This document shows positions 46,705 to 60,765 of a stretch of 64,000 nucleotides of DNA, piece by piece. The DNA is taken from assembly GCA_030704615.1 (NCBI GenBank), contig CM060731.1, positions 36,766,001 through 36,830,000 on the forward strand. The letters run 5' to 3'. Origin of the DNA: Takakia lepidozioides (taxonomy: Eukaryota > Plantae > Bryophyta). The notes beneath the pieces are model-generated. The model saw only the letters and a list, made by a program, of their open reading frames with translations. It did no database searches and was not told where the DNA came from. Position 1 is the stretch's first letter; every line of letters begins with the position of its first letter. The position numbers and the translations under genes were made by a program.

Positions 46705-49530
46705 ATGGAGAGGAGCTGGAACAACACTACTGAATGCTCGTTAAGATGGGTGCCTCGTCGAAAAGGAATTGCGGACAGTCAGCCAGGGAGATGGCTTTTT
46801 GTTCTGATGCTTCTTATCGTTGCCCTTGTGATGCCAGCAGAGGCATCCTATTCGCCACAGACAGAACACTCAAAGAAAAATGCATATGCAACTATGCTGT
46901 ACATGGGAACGCCCCGTGACTATGAGTTTTATGTTGCTGCTCGGGTAATGCTGCAGACTCTTGCCCACTTCCCAGTGGATGCAGACCTAGTGGTGATAGC
47001 CTCCCAAGATGTTCCTCATAAATGGAGAAAAACTTTGTAAGAACACTTGACATGACCTACGTTCTGGGACTAGTTGGGGGTCAGTTGTGTCTGCATCTTG
47101 ATAGACGAATGAGTTGTTTACAACAACTCAATGATACGATTATCAATGTACCTGGAACTTGGGTCATGTCATATCTAGGCCTGAGAGGTGGGATACTGCA
47201 GTATTGTCAGGCAGGCCTGTTTTTATGTACGGAAAGTCAGGCATGCATGCTTTGTACAACTGATGTATATTGCTTCCTGTGAACTGCGTCTATCATCATC
47301 AGTTCTTGCCAACAATGTTTTTTGTCAACTACATGTCATCTGCAGTTTCCATTTTCATTCTGCATCCAGATCATCCTGTCACAAGGGATTCTCTGTTGAC
47401 GCAAGCTGTAAGATTCTCCAATAGGTCACAGATTATAGTGAGTCAGTGAAGCTCTTGCAATTCTCCTCATCAGTGAGGAAGTTATGCATGGGGTACTGTC
47501 ATCAGAGATGCTTTTTGGAACAATTTGTCTCTTTCAAGGAATGGAGACTGAGCTGCCTAGTCTTTTATTCTTATGGCTGTCATACACCTTGGGATTTCCT
47601 TAACAGACTCGATGAAGGTGTGAAGATGGTGGTTGTGGATGATATTCCGAATCCATACAGACATCAGCCCAATTTTGATATGCGCTTCCTGTTCACTCTA
47701 AATAAGCTTTATGCATGGAATCTGACGGAATACAAGCGGGTTGTTATGCTCGACGCCGACAATTTGTTTCTGCAGAAGACTGACGAGCTCTTCCAGTGTG
47801 GCCAGTTTTGTGCTGCCTTCATCAATCCTTGCATTTTCCACACTGGCCTGTTTGTATTGGAGGTATAGCATCCTTATCCCTCCTTCCCTTTTTTCTCTTT
47901 TTGACACAAAAGTTCATAGCGATGGCTTAGTATATAGAAGTCAATGCAATATTTCCTGTGCATGTCCAACTTGTACTTTGAAGAAAATATTAACAAGGTG
48001 CTTTATGGTGATTTGTGAGGCTGGTGGCCAATCTACTATGCCATTGCTTGTTGCTCTGCAGCCATCAAATGACACATTCAGCGACATGTTGCATGAACTA
48101 GATGTGGGACGAGAAAACAAGGATGGAGCTGATCAGGGTTTTCTGTCATCTTACTTTGGTGACTTGATTGATCGACCTTTGTTTCATCCACCGACCAATG
48201 GCTCAAGGCTGGATGGTCACTTCCGCCTGCCATTTGGATATCAGATGGATGCCTCATACTTCTGTATGTATTCCAGTCTGCAATCCAGCTTATGAGATAA
48301 CCTTTTCTGCTTGTAAAGATTAGAGGTTGAAAGTCTCTTTTGAATTGAATAAAGACTGAAGATATGAGCTATATCTTGTGGTGTCAAGTTTGCTGTTGGG
48401 AGCTTGAAATTCACATACTTCCAACTCCTAAAAGAATTGATGCCCTTTGTGTAGTTGTGTGATCTACTGATGATGTCATGGAAATTCAACACCCACAATT
48501 CTGCTACTGCAGTCCCAAAGTGGCGGTATTTCCTGTATTATCCTCTATCTATATTGCTTTGGAGTCCCTGTACTCGCAGTAAGTTGTTCTGATTTTAGTC
48601 TATCGGTCACTCACTTCTTGGCTGTCTCTATGCAGATTTGAAATTGAGATGGAGCGTTCCCTGTGGGCCAAATAGTGTTATCACGTTCCCTAGTGTTCCA
48701 CTGCTGAAGCCTTGGTACTGGTGGTCATGGCCGACATTGCCGCTGGGACTCTCCTGGCATGAGAAGCGGCGGGCAAGCATTGGGTAAGTGTTGGAAATTT
48801 GATGGAAGGTTTGTGTGAATCCTCACTTTTTGAAGTAGTTCAATACCGACGATTGGTTTGTCTTGGCAGGTATGGGTCAGAAATCCCCCTATTGGCGGCT
48901 GAGGCACTTTTCTATATTATAACGATGTCCGTAGCAATATTTGTTCGACGGCGGTTTGCATCTCCAGAAAGGACACATCTGATGAAAGAATGTTTAAGTC
49001 GAGGACCTTGTGTGGAGCATGGACCAATCTGCCACCCTTCAGCCATTAAGGCAGTGGTTCTCATTGCGGTATTCGGAAGTTTTCTTTTCCCCTTCTTCAT
49101 CATCCCAACAACTGTCCATCCTTTCATGGGATGGGGTCTTTGTCTTCTTGGCTCCTTATCTCTACTCACTGTGATTATCAGCCTTGTCCAACTCCCAGTC
49201 TTACCTCTGATGACTCCATGGTTTGGAATTGTTGGAGCTCTCTTAGTCCTAGCATCACCTTATTACAGCAGTGGCATTGTGCGAGCTTTGTGCACTACGT
49301 TTTACACCTCCCTTGCAACTCCGTTTGCGTGGTGGGCTCTGAAAGAAGTTAGCACATTCGTAAACTACAGTGGAGAGCGACGACCTTTGATGGCCTGGAC
49401 CAGTTTGAGGTCAGAGCCTTCTACAGAATTAATGAAACTATGCAAAGCTTCAGCATATCCACCTAAACAACGGGGCCTTGATGTAGTTCGAAGGACATTC
49501 CATCTTTTGCACGAAGACCCCCAAAAGTGA
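46705..49530 (+). CDS. Glycosyltransferase family 8 membrane protein (PGSIP7/8-like), multi-exon
   Basis: NAYATMLYMGTPRDYEFYVA; TLNKLYAWNLTEYKRVVMLDADNLF (DxD); GADQGFL; LKPWYWWSWP; C-terminal TM helices. Confidence 0.92.
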
Positions 49531-51198
49531 GTGGTCTTCTGGACGGCAACAGGAGTTAGAAGCCACGTGGTTTTTTGGACCAATCTGCTTTTGCAAGGAT
49601 GATGACTGTGGAGGGAATGGAGCTGGTGCAGAGCATGTCTTCCTTCACTGTGTACTATCTTTGAAGACGGGAGGTTTTGGAGAATGATAGTTTCATTGCC
49701 ACATAGCTGAGTCCCTTGTAATTGATGCTTTAGATCCTTGCGGCTACCGAGACCCTTAACAAGAAGGCGCATACACTTACCACACAGACTCAATTCATTG
49801 CCTGTTTCACCTACAGCCTGATGAATTTTGATACGAGATTCTTATCAAAACCTTGTCAATTGGGTTTTGTAGGAATATGCACATTGCAATTTGCAAACAT
49901 TTTATCTGTACATTAGCAGCATTGGCTAGTTAGTCAGATGCAATGTTGAAAGTCATATAACATGACTTGCATGCTTTTCTGACACTCAATTCTACACCTT
50001 ACATGGTTTCTGAAAACAGAGCTTTTGCATGGAAGTGGTCTTGCGCACATGCATTTTGTTCCATCTGCCTGCTCCTTTACTCAATGGATGATTCATACAA
50101 TCAACTGCCTGGGCATCCGGAGCCTGCAATTTTCGAAACCCAGTCTTTTTGGCGGGGGTGAGTGCTCGCCAACAGATCATCCAATCTCTCTGGTAAGGCT
50201 TCCCGAGCTTGGACTTGCTTGGATGAATGTGAATTGGACACTGATGCAGGAATAAGAGATTGGTGGAAGAAACATTCAGTTCTTCTGGGGCTATCTTTCC
50301 TTCTACATTGAACCTATATCCAGGTATATCCCTCTTTTCTGAGAAGAATATGCACTTACAGATACTGTGTGTAGTGTCGATTCTCCGGAAACTTGCATGA
50401 ACCCAGAAACATTCATGTCAGCACAAGATGGATGGAAGATGGGCAAGGAGCTACAAGATTATGGGCGGATTCACAGTGATCCATGGATGCTGGCAAATCC
50501 ACAATTTGAGTATCACTGAAGCGTCTGCCACAACTCAGAACATACAAGCCCAGGCATTATACCACTCCGTCTGATGTAAACTTCATGTGTTGGTGTCCAT
50601 TGCAATATATTAACCTGCAGATCTAAGCTTTTTGTTCGAAAGAGTTTTTGGTGAATTACAGACTTCGCTTTCACAACATATAGTCTACTCTTGTGATAAA
50701 CTTGCACTAGTGGACAAATCCCCTAATCAAACTGGAAAGAATCAGAGGCAAAACCAGGGCCCTCCAGCACCTTTTACATCCCTGTATCTGACATCATCAA
50801 GCCTCGAGGTTGACAAAAGAATTAGCCTCTGAAAAATGTCATCTTCCACAAAGTCACAACCTGAGTGAGCTTCAAAGCAACTTTCTTTAGAAACGGAAGG
50901 AAGAACCAAGGCCCTTCAGCAGAAGACATGCACAAGATTATGAGGAGAGATGTGCCACACTTTAGTCCTCACGGGTTTTGCACAATTTACACACACGGAC
51001 TGGCATTCACACAGACAGACATGAGTATTTTCTAGATCATGACAAATGGCTGGTAACATAGAACGCAGGTACTACTCATCAGCTTAGGCTGGAAATAGCT
51101 TGTCAATCATGTCACAAATAGGAAGGTGAAACAAAAATTCAGTTTGAATTGACCAAAACGGTGATGCAGGGATGAAATAGAAACGGATCAGCTGGCAG

Positions 51199-53211
51199 TC
51201 ACCTTGGATGTGATTCGGTTATAAGTGACTTTGAAATAGATGCAGACGAAGGTCCTGATCTTGAAAAGCTTGATTCGGAGTTATGCGAAGTGGTTCTAGA
51301 ATTTCCTAGATCACTTATAGAAATCCAGGATTGGTTTGCTGAAAAGCTTGGTGCTGGCTTTGAGGCTGGGACAGCAGGCACAGGTGCATCACCGGCCAAC
51401 ACTTGGACTACCTGTCGCATAGAAGGGCGAGCCGATGGATCCGGATGTGAGCAAAGCAGACCCAATAGTAACACAACTTCCATATTGTACTTGTCGAAAT
51501 CCCCTTGCAATCTCTTATCCACCACACTAAGAAGGTTTCCCTCTTTCAGGCATCTCCAGACCATATCTACTAGAACCAGGTCATCCACCAGAACGCTAGC
51601 ATCATAAACCTTTCTGCCACATGCTATCTCCAAAGCGACTGCCCCGAACGCATACACATCCGTTTTGTCTGTAAATTTCCCACCTGTAGCCTCTGGGGCA
51701 ATGTATCCAAACGTCCCAGCAACCAATGTAGTCGTCGCATTCTTATGATGGTCGACTAGACGTGCAAGTCCAAAATCTCCCAATTTTGCATTGAACTCAT
51801 CATCCAGCATTATGTTGCTTGCTTTGACATCACGGTGTATCACTTGCTTCCGCCAACCTTCATGCAGATATTGCAATGCTGCTGCCGTGCCTGACACTAT
51901 TTTCCATCTTTGACTCCAAGAAAGGATGGCCTCTGGTCTTTTTGAACTGAAAAGAGCTTTATCAAGACTCCCATTTGGCATCAACTCATAAACCAGCAGG
52001 AACTTGCCTCTATCTCTGCAATAGCCCATCAGCTGAACCACATTTCGATGCCTAAGCTGGCTGATGATGGAAACCTCTGCTAAAAACTCTCGCTCTCCTT
52101 GCTTGGATTCATTACTCACTTTCTTCACTGCAACTGCAGCACCCGTACGAGGCAAAACCCCTCTGTAAACGCTTCCAAACCCACCTTCCCCTAATTTTGA
52201 TTGATTGCTGAATTGCTTTGTGGCTGTACTCAGGTGTTTGTAGCTTATGTACTCTGGCATACCTGCCATTTCCATCATTCCCTCATCCTCCTGAATCTCC
52301 TTCCTTACACGAGCTTTTTTGCGCAAGAGAATGAAGACAACAAAAGCAGCCAAGGAAAGCGCCACCAACATGCCAACACAAACCCCCACAATAAGTGTCA
52401 AGTTTACTCTTGACGCTGGTGTTGAAGACCCTGGCGGCACTCCGTAGCTTGTGAAGGTCCAGTTCATGATATAGTACAAACACCATGCATCCCCATTTGC
52501 AGCCGAGAATCCAATCCACATGTACTCATCAACATAATCCAAAAGATCAACTGTGTAGGTTAGAACAGGGCTTACTGGTCTGGAAGAGGTGTTAGCCACT
52601 CTAACCTCAATACTCTTACGTGTGCCATCGTACTCAATCCATGAAGTAAGCACGTCCCTTTTCCAAAACGAAATGCCCAGCGGTGCAACACTCTCCGATA
52701 GATTAGAGATTGCACTTCCAATATCAATGCCCACATGATCGTCAGACAAGGTATCGATATATGGATTCTTCCAATTGTCGAACTCCACAGCTACAGTTTT
52801 AGGTTGGTCCTGCTCTTGGAAGATGCCCAAACGTCCAGCCACTCCACCCACCCAGCTGCTTGAGTTCACTATTACAAACGCCATGCCATCTCCCCGGCTG
52901 TAATAATCTGACCCATTGTAGAACTGGGGTTCTTCACGGAAAGTGAAACTGGTATTAAAGGATGCCATTACTTTAGTGGCAGGATCCTTCATCCGAATCG
53001 GTTCTTGATAATACGCGACCCCTTCTGTTTGCTGGGGGTTTCTGATGTCTATGAGAGATAAGGTTCCATTTCCAAAAACCTGAGCTTGTGCTAAACATAT
53101 CATACTCGAACTTGTGAAGGGATTTAATGTGAAGTTACCATGAACCAGAGTAACTAAAGCACAACTGACTAAGAGCCAGAGAAAATTTCTACAAGTGCTC
53201 AACATTCTCAT
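51199..53211 (-). CDS. L-type (legume) lectin receptor-like kinase
   Basis: Signal peptide, legume lectin domain (GDGMAF, VAVEFD, HVGIDI), TM segment, and Ser/Thr kinase (GEGGFG, HRDVKASN, DFG, APE). Intronless. Confidence 0.96.
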   Translation of the reverse strand: MRMLSTCRNFLWLLVSCALVTLVHGNFTLNPFTSSSMICLAQAQVFGNGTLSLIDIRNPQQTEGVAYYQEPIRMKDPATKVMASFNTSFTFREEPQFYNGSDYYSRGDGMAFVIVNSSSWVGGVAGRLGIFQEQDQPKTVAVEFDNWKNPYIDTLSDDHVGIDIGSAISNLSESVAPLGISFWKRDVLTSWIEYDGTRKSIEVRVANTSSRPVSPVLTYTVDLLDYVDEYMWIGFSAANGDAWCLYYIMNWTFTSYGVPPGSSTPASRVNLTLIVGVCVGMLVALSLAAFVVFILLRKKARVRKEIQEDEGMMEMAGMPEYISYKHLSTATKQFSNQSKLGEGGFGSVYRGVLPRTGAAVAVKKVSNESKQGEREFLAEVSIISQLRHRNVVQLMGYCRDRGKFLLVYELMPNGSLDKALFSSKRPEAILSWSQRWKIVSGTAAALQYLHEGWRKQVIHRDVKASNIMLDDEFNAKLGDFGLARLVDHHKNATTTLVAGTFGYIAPEATGGKFTDKTDVYAFGAVALEIACGRKVYDASVLVDDLVLVDMVWRCLKEGNLLSVVDKRLQGDFDKYNMEVVLLLGLLCSHPDPSARPSMRQVVQVLAGDAPVPAVPASKPAPSFSANQSWISISDLGNSRTTSHNSESSFSRSGPSSASISKSLITESHPR

Positions 53212-54879
53212 CTACAGAGTAAGAAGATCTGACTGGGAAGGGAGTTTGAAATTTGTAGCAGGAAAAATAAATCTCTCTCGAATCTCTTACGTGATTGATG
53301 TAAGTGACGCAAAATATCACTTTTCACTGAGATGTCAATTCTTCCTTGTCGACTACCTCTGAGGCTGAGTGTACAGTTTTCCATTTCCACCAGACCATCC
53401 TGAAGATCCACCGTAAACATTCCATAGGATGCCAAGTAAGAGAAAGAGATGTTCTCGAGTACAGCCCAACGTCTGAATAATCATATTGAAATCACACCGA
53501 GACGGCTTCCACCACTCGACGCTGGCATATACATGGTCTCTGGTCCTTCTTCTCCGCCTCCCACCATGGTGCTTCTTCTACTTCTCTAATACGCGTCCTC
53601 TCACTTATTGGTGCACAACAACCTTCAACCAAAACAGACTAGGTGAATAACAAATGCTTTGTGCTCAAAATTCTCGATTCAGAGATCATTTCAAACCTTA
53701 CTTAAAGCTTCCAAATAAAGTAGCTACAATCGCTTATCTCCGAAACCACGACATCTCCTGAATCACATAAAGCTTCTTGGTGAAAAGCACCCCAACCTCA
53801 GCAAGAGAGAGAGAGATGTTCTCAAGTAAACTATGCTTTCTAAATACTTCTGAAACCCCCCCCCCCCCGGATGAGAGACAGACCTATGTGAGAGCAAGCC
53901 CAAGAATGGGTAGAAGAATTAGAGGAACAGAGTCAACCACTTCAACTCATTTGCTCCAGCGGTCTCATTTGGTCATCACTGCGGCCGATGATGGTTGCCC
54001 ACTCACGCGCCCAATCAACAAGCCATTCGATGCGCTAGTCTTTGCTGATAAGAGAGGAAAACATGTTGAAATGTGTTGAAGAAGAAGGTGGTGTCCTCAT
54101 CAACTGTCCTCGACTTTGTTCAGCTAGCTTTTCACCCATGGAGGATTCAACTGACCATCAATCACTACCAAGTCATCCTTCTCACATTATCTAACAGCTA
54201 CCGGATCTCAGAACCAGGACTGGAGATGACGAGGATGGGAAGAGTGGACCCCCCAAGTTAAGAGAAGCAATACTGCTTCCAGATTGTGATGGACATAACT
54301 CTTTGACTATGTGCTCGGCACAGTAAGATAAATCAACTGTGGCACCTAAAATGCATCAAGAACCTCCACATTCTCCTCGGATCTTCAGCACTCACGATCC
54401 ATGGTTCTGTGCGGGATGTCGGCGCCGCACCGATTGTACTCTCTAAAGAGCCACAAATAGACTCTAGTGACAATGTCCACGGCATACATTCCAGTTACCA
54501 GAGCTACAAAGTCGGAGCAACCAAAGTCTCCTGCAATTTGTGGGGCCATGGATTCCACTACAGTACTGCACAGATTCTCCGCATTGGATGAGAAGTAGGA
54601 AACAGTTAGGGGATTTGGTGCATGACCTATCAAGCTTTATCCCTTGTTAACATTAACGTGATAAAACAGGCTGGAGCTGATGTACGGTGGCTTTGAGGCA
54701 AATAGGATCAAAGCATGTGGGCACTAAGATTAGCAACTTCTACATGTTTAATCTATGAGGGCTTAGATTCTGCAATCTGTTTTGTGTGCAAAACTATGTG
54801 CATGGATGTCCGTGTGTTCTTGCGGTTTATCGATGTATGCTTTGTCATTGATTTCCCCCTCATCCGCTAAGCTCCTTCT

Positions 54880-56920
54880 ACCAACTACAAGCCCTTATAA
54901 AAGCTGCACCCGAGGCGGTGGTTCAGGGGATTCGTGCAGGTCTTGATCTTCATTCGGATTGGGTGGTTCTCCAGGTTGACGTCACCAACACTTTCAACAC
55001 TATGTCATGAGCGGCTATCTTTCAGGAGCTCCGTTCAGCCGGAGGAGATTTCCACCGGCTCATTCCGTTTGTTCGATTATTTTATGCATCCATCACTCCC
55101 CTCTATTACAGTCATCATTCTCGCCTAGGTGAGTGCTCCATCGTTCAGTCCGAGGTTGGGACCCGCCAAGGCGACCTTTAGGAGGACCTTTATTTGTCAC
55201 GGCTCATGTCCGTGCCCTCACGGCTTCTACACAAGTACACTCATCTTGTCTTTTTCCGTCGGTGGCAGACGATACGCACATTGTAGGCCCTGCCTCATAG
55301 GTACTTTAAGCTTACCATCATTTTGTCACCCAACTCTCTACCGTGGGTCTTTCAGTGCAACCTCGCAAATGTGCGATGTGGTCTTGACCTGTCTCCCTGC
55401 AGATTTTGTCATCCCTGCTCATTTCATTGCTCCACCCAATGGCATCAAAATCCTGGGAATCCCTTTTTGTACCACCCAGTTCACAACGTCTTTCTTAGAA
55501 GATGCACTCCACCAAGATGCCACCCACGCTGATCTCCTTCCTAGGCTCGGAGATGTACAGGTAGGATATAGAATCTTGACCAAATGTTTCCTTCACCGTT
55601 CCACCCAGCCCAGATTTCCTACACCTCTTATCTGGGTTTGATACTACCATGATGACTATCTTCGGGAGATTGTTAGGACCAAGAGCTCTGGATGGTGCTT
55701 AGGGACTTTTGCCACGACGGCACCCACCCTGCACGTCTCTTCCGGTGGTGTGGGTCTTTTGTCCACTGTCACTACCGCCCCGTCAGCTTTCCTCAGCAGT
55801 TGGACGTTGGTTGCGCCAGCCCTCGCTTCACGATTTCTCTGTGACCATCGTCCCATCCTTATGGACGCCGTTGCACATGTCGACAGTGACATTTTACTCT
55901 TCCAGCATCATCTCCGTTCTGCACGAGATCTTCTTCCGCACCGGCGCGAGCATGTCTACCACCATTTGAGCAGTTCTCAAAGCCTTGACCATCTTCAGGA
56001 ATCCATTTCCGAGCGCGTGCACCGTCATTCCTTTTCTGGCATGCTCTCAAGTGCTTCTTCTGAGTTGCCTCATCCGGCTTGCAACGCTGCGTCTGTCATT
56101 AGCCCATCGATAACCTTGCCATCCATCTCCTCCGCTATCCATGTGGTGGTGAGCGCACTGCGTCTCATGATATGGTTCGCGATGCGGTGGCATCTATTGC
56201 TTAGGAGGGAGGGTATCATGTACTGCGTGAGCAACCACATCTACGACCCACGCTCACATCCCACTCTACACGCCGCCGTGTTGACATCGTCCTATCTAGA
56301 GATGGTTTGCGTACCCTAGCGGATGTCGTTCTCGCCAACCCCACTCGAGCGGATCTGTCATCTCGCGCAGCTACCACACCAGGCAGCTGAGGCCAAGGAG
56401 CGCGACTACATCGATCGTCACCCCACCGACAGATTTCTTCCGCTGGCGGTCGAGATATTTGGCTCATTGCACCGGCACTTCGACGATTTCATGCGGACAT
56501 GTGCACATCATGCAGCCAAGAGCGGGTCCACTGGCATCCCAGATGCCTCCATCTTTATCGCGTACTATCGACATCGTGTTTCAGTTGCTTTGCAGAAAGC
56601 ACAAGCCATATCTATTTTGCATCGGGCTGATGTGACTAGCTCCGCATCATCTCATTTTCCGCCTATGCCTGATACTTTGCTTATCTCCTCGCCTAATCTC
56701 CTCCAGGCTGTTGGCTGGGAGGGTCGCTCTGCTTGAGTAGCTTACTATAGCTTCTGTTTTCGTCGCTAGTTGAGTAACTTACTATAGTTTTTGTTTTCTT
56801 CTCTAGCTGAGTAACTTACTGTAGCTTTTTGTTTTCTTTAATTGTTTTTGTTCCCCCGCCTTTTTTGGGAACTTCTCATCCTATGTACTTTCACCCATTG
56901 TACATGTTATAAATAAAGTC
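54880..56920 (+). mobile_element. 5'-truncated, degraded non-LTR retrotransposon with restriction-like endonuclease (CRE-like)
   Basis: RT fragments DVTNTFN, GTRQGD, VADDTHIVG, GIKILGIP. C-terminal HLLR.PCGGERTASHD..RD and RVDIV...LADVV..NP...EAKERDY...FLPLAVEIFG (RLE PD-(D/E)xK-like). Confidence 0.8.
56734..56840 (+). repeat. Three tandem ~37-bp repeats in the retroelement 3' region
   Basis: tgagtagcttactatagcttctgttttc / tgagtaacttactatagtttttgttttc / tgagtaacttactgtagctttttgttttc. Confidence 0.85.
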
Positions 56921-57404
56921 TTACAGGTTTCATCCTGCACCCTTGAGTGGATTTGATAATGAGATGTTGCACTAAATCCCTCCATGCTGTGGAATGCACT
57001 ATAAGCCTAGTCTATGGAGGGTTGATGGGCATGATTCATGAAGTCGTGGAAAAAGTATAAAACAACAACCCCAAAATCACCAAAGGAAACAGCGAAGAGA
57101 GCCTCTTGTGGCAGAGCCGCTTGTTTATTAGTGAAACAGTGAGTCAGCCACCCAATCTTTGGGTCTTTCCAGATTTCATCACGGAATCCATTTGGTTGAG
57201 GCTACAGTTTCAACCTCCGCAACATCCAATTTTCTTCAATCCTACTGACCAAAATTCCTCTCCAACAAGAGACTCCTGTGCCTTTGCTGCTGCTATTTAG
57301 AGTCCAACCTAACTTGCAGCTGGCAGAAGTGCATTCGATGCCAGTAATTCTTCCAACCGTGCTGTTTGCTTACATACAAATGACATTGTATGACAGGCAT
57401 TTAA

Positions 57405-57700
57405 TTTCACCGGTATTCTCCACAAGAACAAACTTACACCATCTTGGAACTGGTGACTGCGGTTCATCTACAACAATCTCTAGCTTAACAATCTTCGAAA
57501 TGAATTTGGTGACTGTGCGGCAGTCACACACAAAGGTTCTTGTTGACCCGCAGAGGCATCCCAGAGGGTTTGCCGATAAGCCCAAAGCAAAGGCCAGCTT
57601 CTCACTATGGTGGCAAAGAGACAATTCCTGGAGCTCTTCCTCAACGTCGGCAATATAAAGCGTGCGTCAGGCACACCAGCAGTGACCTGGCTCCTTTCTC
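57405..57700 (-). pseudogene. DYW-domain pseudogene fragment
   Basis: PDARFIL...LCHHSEKLAFALGL...VCDCRTVTKFISKIV.LEIVV, then frameshifted NRSHQFQDGV..CSCGEYR*. Confidence 0.8.
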
Positions 57701-58970
57701 AGACCTGTCCCTCATCATTCTTCTTACTTTGGCAGTATCGTACATAAATTACAGCATCCTGTGGATCCAGTTTAATAAGCCATTTTGCTCCACTTTCTGC
57801 CACCTCCACAGTGCCATGAATTCTGCAAGCACCAGCAAGGTCTGCCACACTGTTCTGTTAGTTGCGTCGGATGTTTTGTTTACCACTTCCATCATAAGGT
57901 TCCGCGGAAGGATGAGCAGCTCACGCTTTCTAGAGAGTATCTGGAAGGCTTGTGTGAGGGCTTTCTAGAGAATCTGGAAGGCCAGAACTAATCCTTTATA
58001 TCAAGGTAAGTAATTAGACCCCAACTGTGCCAGGGCTTTAGGCTCAGCCTTCGGATTTTCAAAGTTGGTGAGCAGATGTTCCTGATGGACCTGAGGAGGG
58101 TCACCCTCTGGTGAGAATACCCCGAATGCATCAGGAAATGGAAACAACATTAAGTGAAAAAACACTTTAGACCACTTGTTTGAACACCCTCTTTCGGATA
58201 TGGAAATCTATCCATAGATGATGGCTTAGTGGGTGCCCAGTGGTTTGGGAAATGAAGGGTATGTGCAACAAAAATGTGGGGCAAATAGCATCAAGGACAC
58301 CAGTTAAAACTAAAATGGTGACCCAATCCTGAAGCTCCATGACAACTTTAGGTGGCTTGCTGACAAGCTGCGCAACTACTTGCACGCACCTGGGAAAATG
58401 ACCACCAGATTTAAAGCTGTGGATGATGACTGCCTAACCTATAATAAAATGAGAGACAGTGGCACAAGGAATATGGAAAAAGGTGAAGGACTGTCATGAC
58501 TTCATGCAGGCATATTAGTGCCCTATGGTCTGGCTCACCTGCCTTCTGATGGACCTGCTATTCCCTTCCAACACACTTTGAGGAATACTTGTTGAATGCC
58601 TGCATAAAAGGTCACCCTCATTTGTGGCAAACGCTAGCAATTGGGCACCCAGTTGCTAGTCTTAGCTACCCCGATCAGTTTAAGTGGGTGGCGCTGTGGT
58701 AGCAGGAGAGTAGCTTCATGTTGCTGTGCATAGTGCAGTGTCAAGCGCATAACATTATGCATGGATTAGATGCTTGACTGGGACCTTTAATCCTCTGGAG
58801 TGCTCCTTACTGATGCCAGTTCCCGCCCGTCATTGAACAGGTGTAATGATAACAAAACGAGAAGCCCGCAAAAGGAAAAGAATCCAGAACTTCTCTTGCT
58901 GATATCTCAGTGTGGGTCTCTTCCATCAGAAATGACGGATTGACTCGGGCCAAGTACATCAACTCCTTAC

Positions 58971-60765
58971 TTAACCGCCTCCAGAGTACGCCTTGCCGGC
59001 AGAAGAAGATGAGCGGTCAAAGCGTCGCTGAAGCTGGTCATAAATTGCCAACACTCCGGCTCCAGCAACAGCACGCAAAATGTTAGCGCTGGCCCCCTTG
59101 AACAAGGACTTGACACCCTCCCTCTCAATGATTTGCTTGAATGCGTCCAGTGAGTTCTTATACTTCACTTCCTCTCCGGAGGTCATCATCATCCGACGTC
59201 GCACAGTGTCAAATGGGTATGAGGTCAGACCAGCACCAATGGTAATCCCCCAACCAAGCAAGAAGGTGGCCACAAAGTTGTCCTATCATTTGCAACCCGA
59301 AATTGCTCAGTGAATAATAGTGAGTTCGATCTTCCACTTATGCAAACAATCAGCAGCAAAGCAAATACAAGAAACAAACTATAAAGATCTCATGCTACAT
59401 ACTTGATCGACCTGACAAATTCAATGAACTCGTGCCTTGGAAATTCTTCGTACAACGTGCTGTGCAGCAGACAACTGTTTCTGACAATCTGACATGTATA
59501 CAGCTCGATTGGAGCCATGATAGATAGATCTACATTTCCGGATGACTTTCAAGGGCTGATGCACTCACCTGAAGAGGTCCAACTAAGACAACAGGCTTGA
59601 GAGAGTCGTACAACCCGAAGTACAGACCCCGGTACACAATGATGGCCACACAGGAGATGCCAAACCCTCGGTAGAGACCGACAATCCCGTCAGTAGCAAT
59701 AGTCTTCTTGTAGACATCAAGCATACCTTTGAATTGGTGTTCACCACCTGCATCTGCTGCCAGTCTTGTACGCGCGTAGTCCAGAGGATATACAAAAAGA
59801 AGGGACGTAGCACCAGCGGCACCACCGGAAGCCAGATTTCCGGCAAACCACTTCAAATACCCATCCCTTTCCTTACTGTAACCAAAGAGACGCTTGAAGT
59901 AATCCTTGAATGCAAAGTTCAAAGCCTGCAGGCAGTTTGCAAACACCAGTCGATATCCAGACTCAAATCGAACCTCGACGACATGTGATATAGCAGAATT
60001 CTTCAGTAGATACAAGGGCAACCAGTGAAAGAGAATCGACCAGAAAGAAAATTCTCAAAGTTCTCCAGGGGCCAGCAGACCAAGTTGACATTGCTAGGAC
60101 TCTAGATAATGAATTCTAAAAACCTTGGATATGTCTTGGGAATAGCTGATGATGACTTAAAGATCTGAGATTCTTCCCGGACAACATTTGCAGCTTCTTC
60201 ATACCTGAGTTGGGAAGTACCGGAGGACATTTGCAAGATTGCCACGCCACAAAGAGAGCACACCCTCTTCCCGGATGGTTCGTTTGAAACAATCAGAAAT
60301 GCCTTTGTAGGGCTCCTTAAGACGACCTTGTTTCAGGATCTCATCTTGGTTCTGGATTAGAATTTTGACACGCTCGATAGGTGCTGCTGCCGTCTTTGAC
60401 ACAGCTGCGGCAACGCCCCCCGTAAGAAAATATCTCATGAACGTTGAGGCACCCTTTTCAGCTGGTGCAGCGACGAAAATCAAAGTTCTGCCCTCCCTTA
60501 AAATCTGTGGGACGATCGGTGGTATTGAAACCACCAGGCTTAGGAAAAACTCGAAACCTAGCTGTGATGAAGGCTCCATTAACATTCTCCTTATGAGCGT
60601 GATAAAACTGTGACCCGTGTGGAGATAACTTTGATCCCAAATATGAAAGCTTAAATTGCAATAAGCTGGTAGCCGCACTCTCTCCACCATCCTGGAGAGA
60701 TTCCACGCAAATCTCGACCATCGCAATGAGGTACCCAGATGGAGTGCAGCAAGCACATTAAACAT
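58971..60765 (-). CDS. AAC: Mitochondrial ADP/ATP carrier, at least 3 exons
   Basis: [12 protein letters not shown]; NVLRYFPTQ|ALNFAFKD; [10 protein letters not shown]; [12 protein letters not shown] (AAC signature). Start codon uncertain. Confidence 0.92.
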
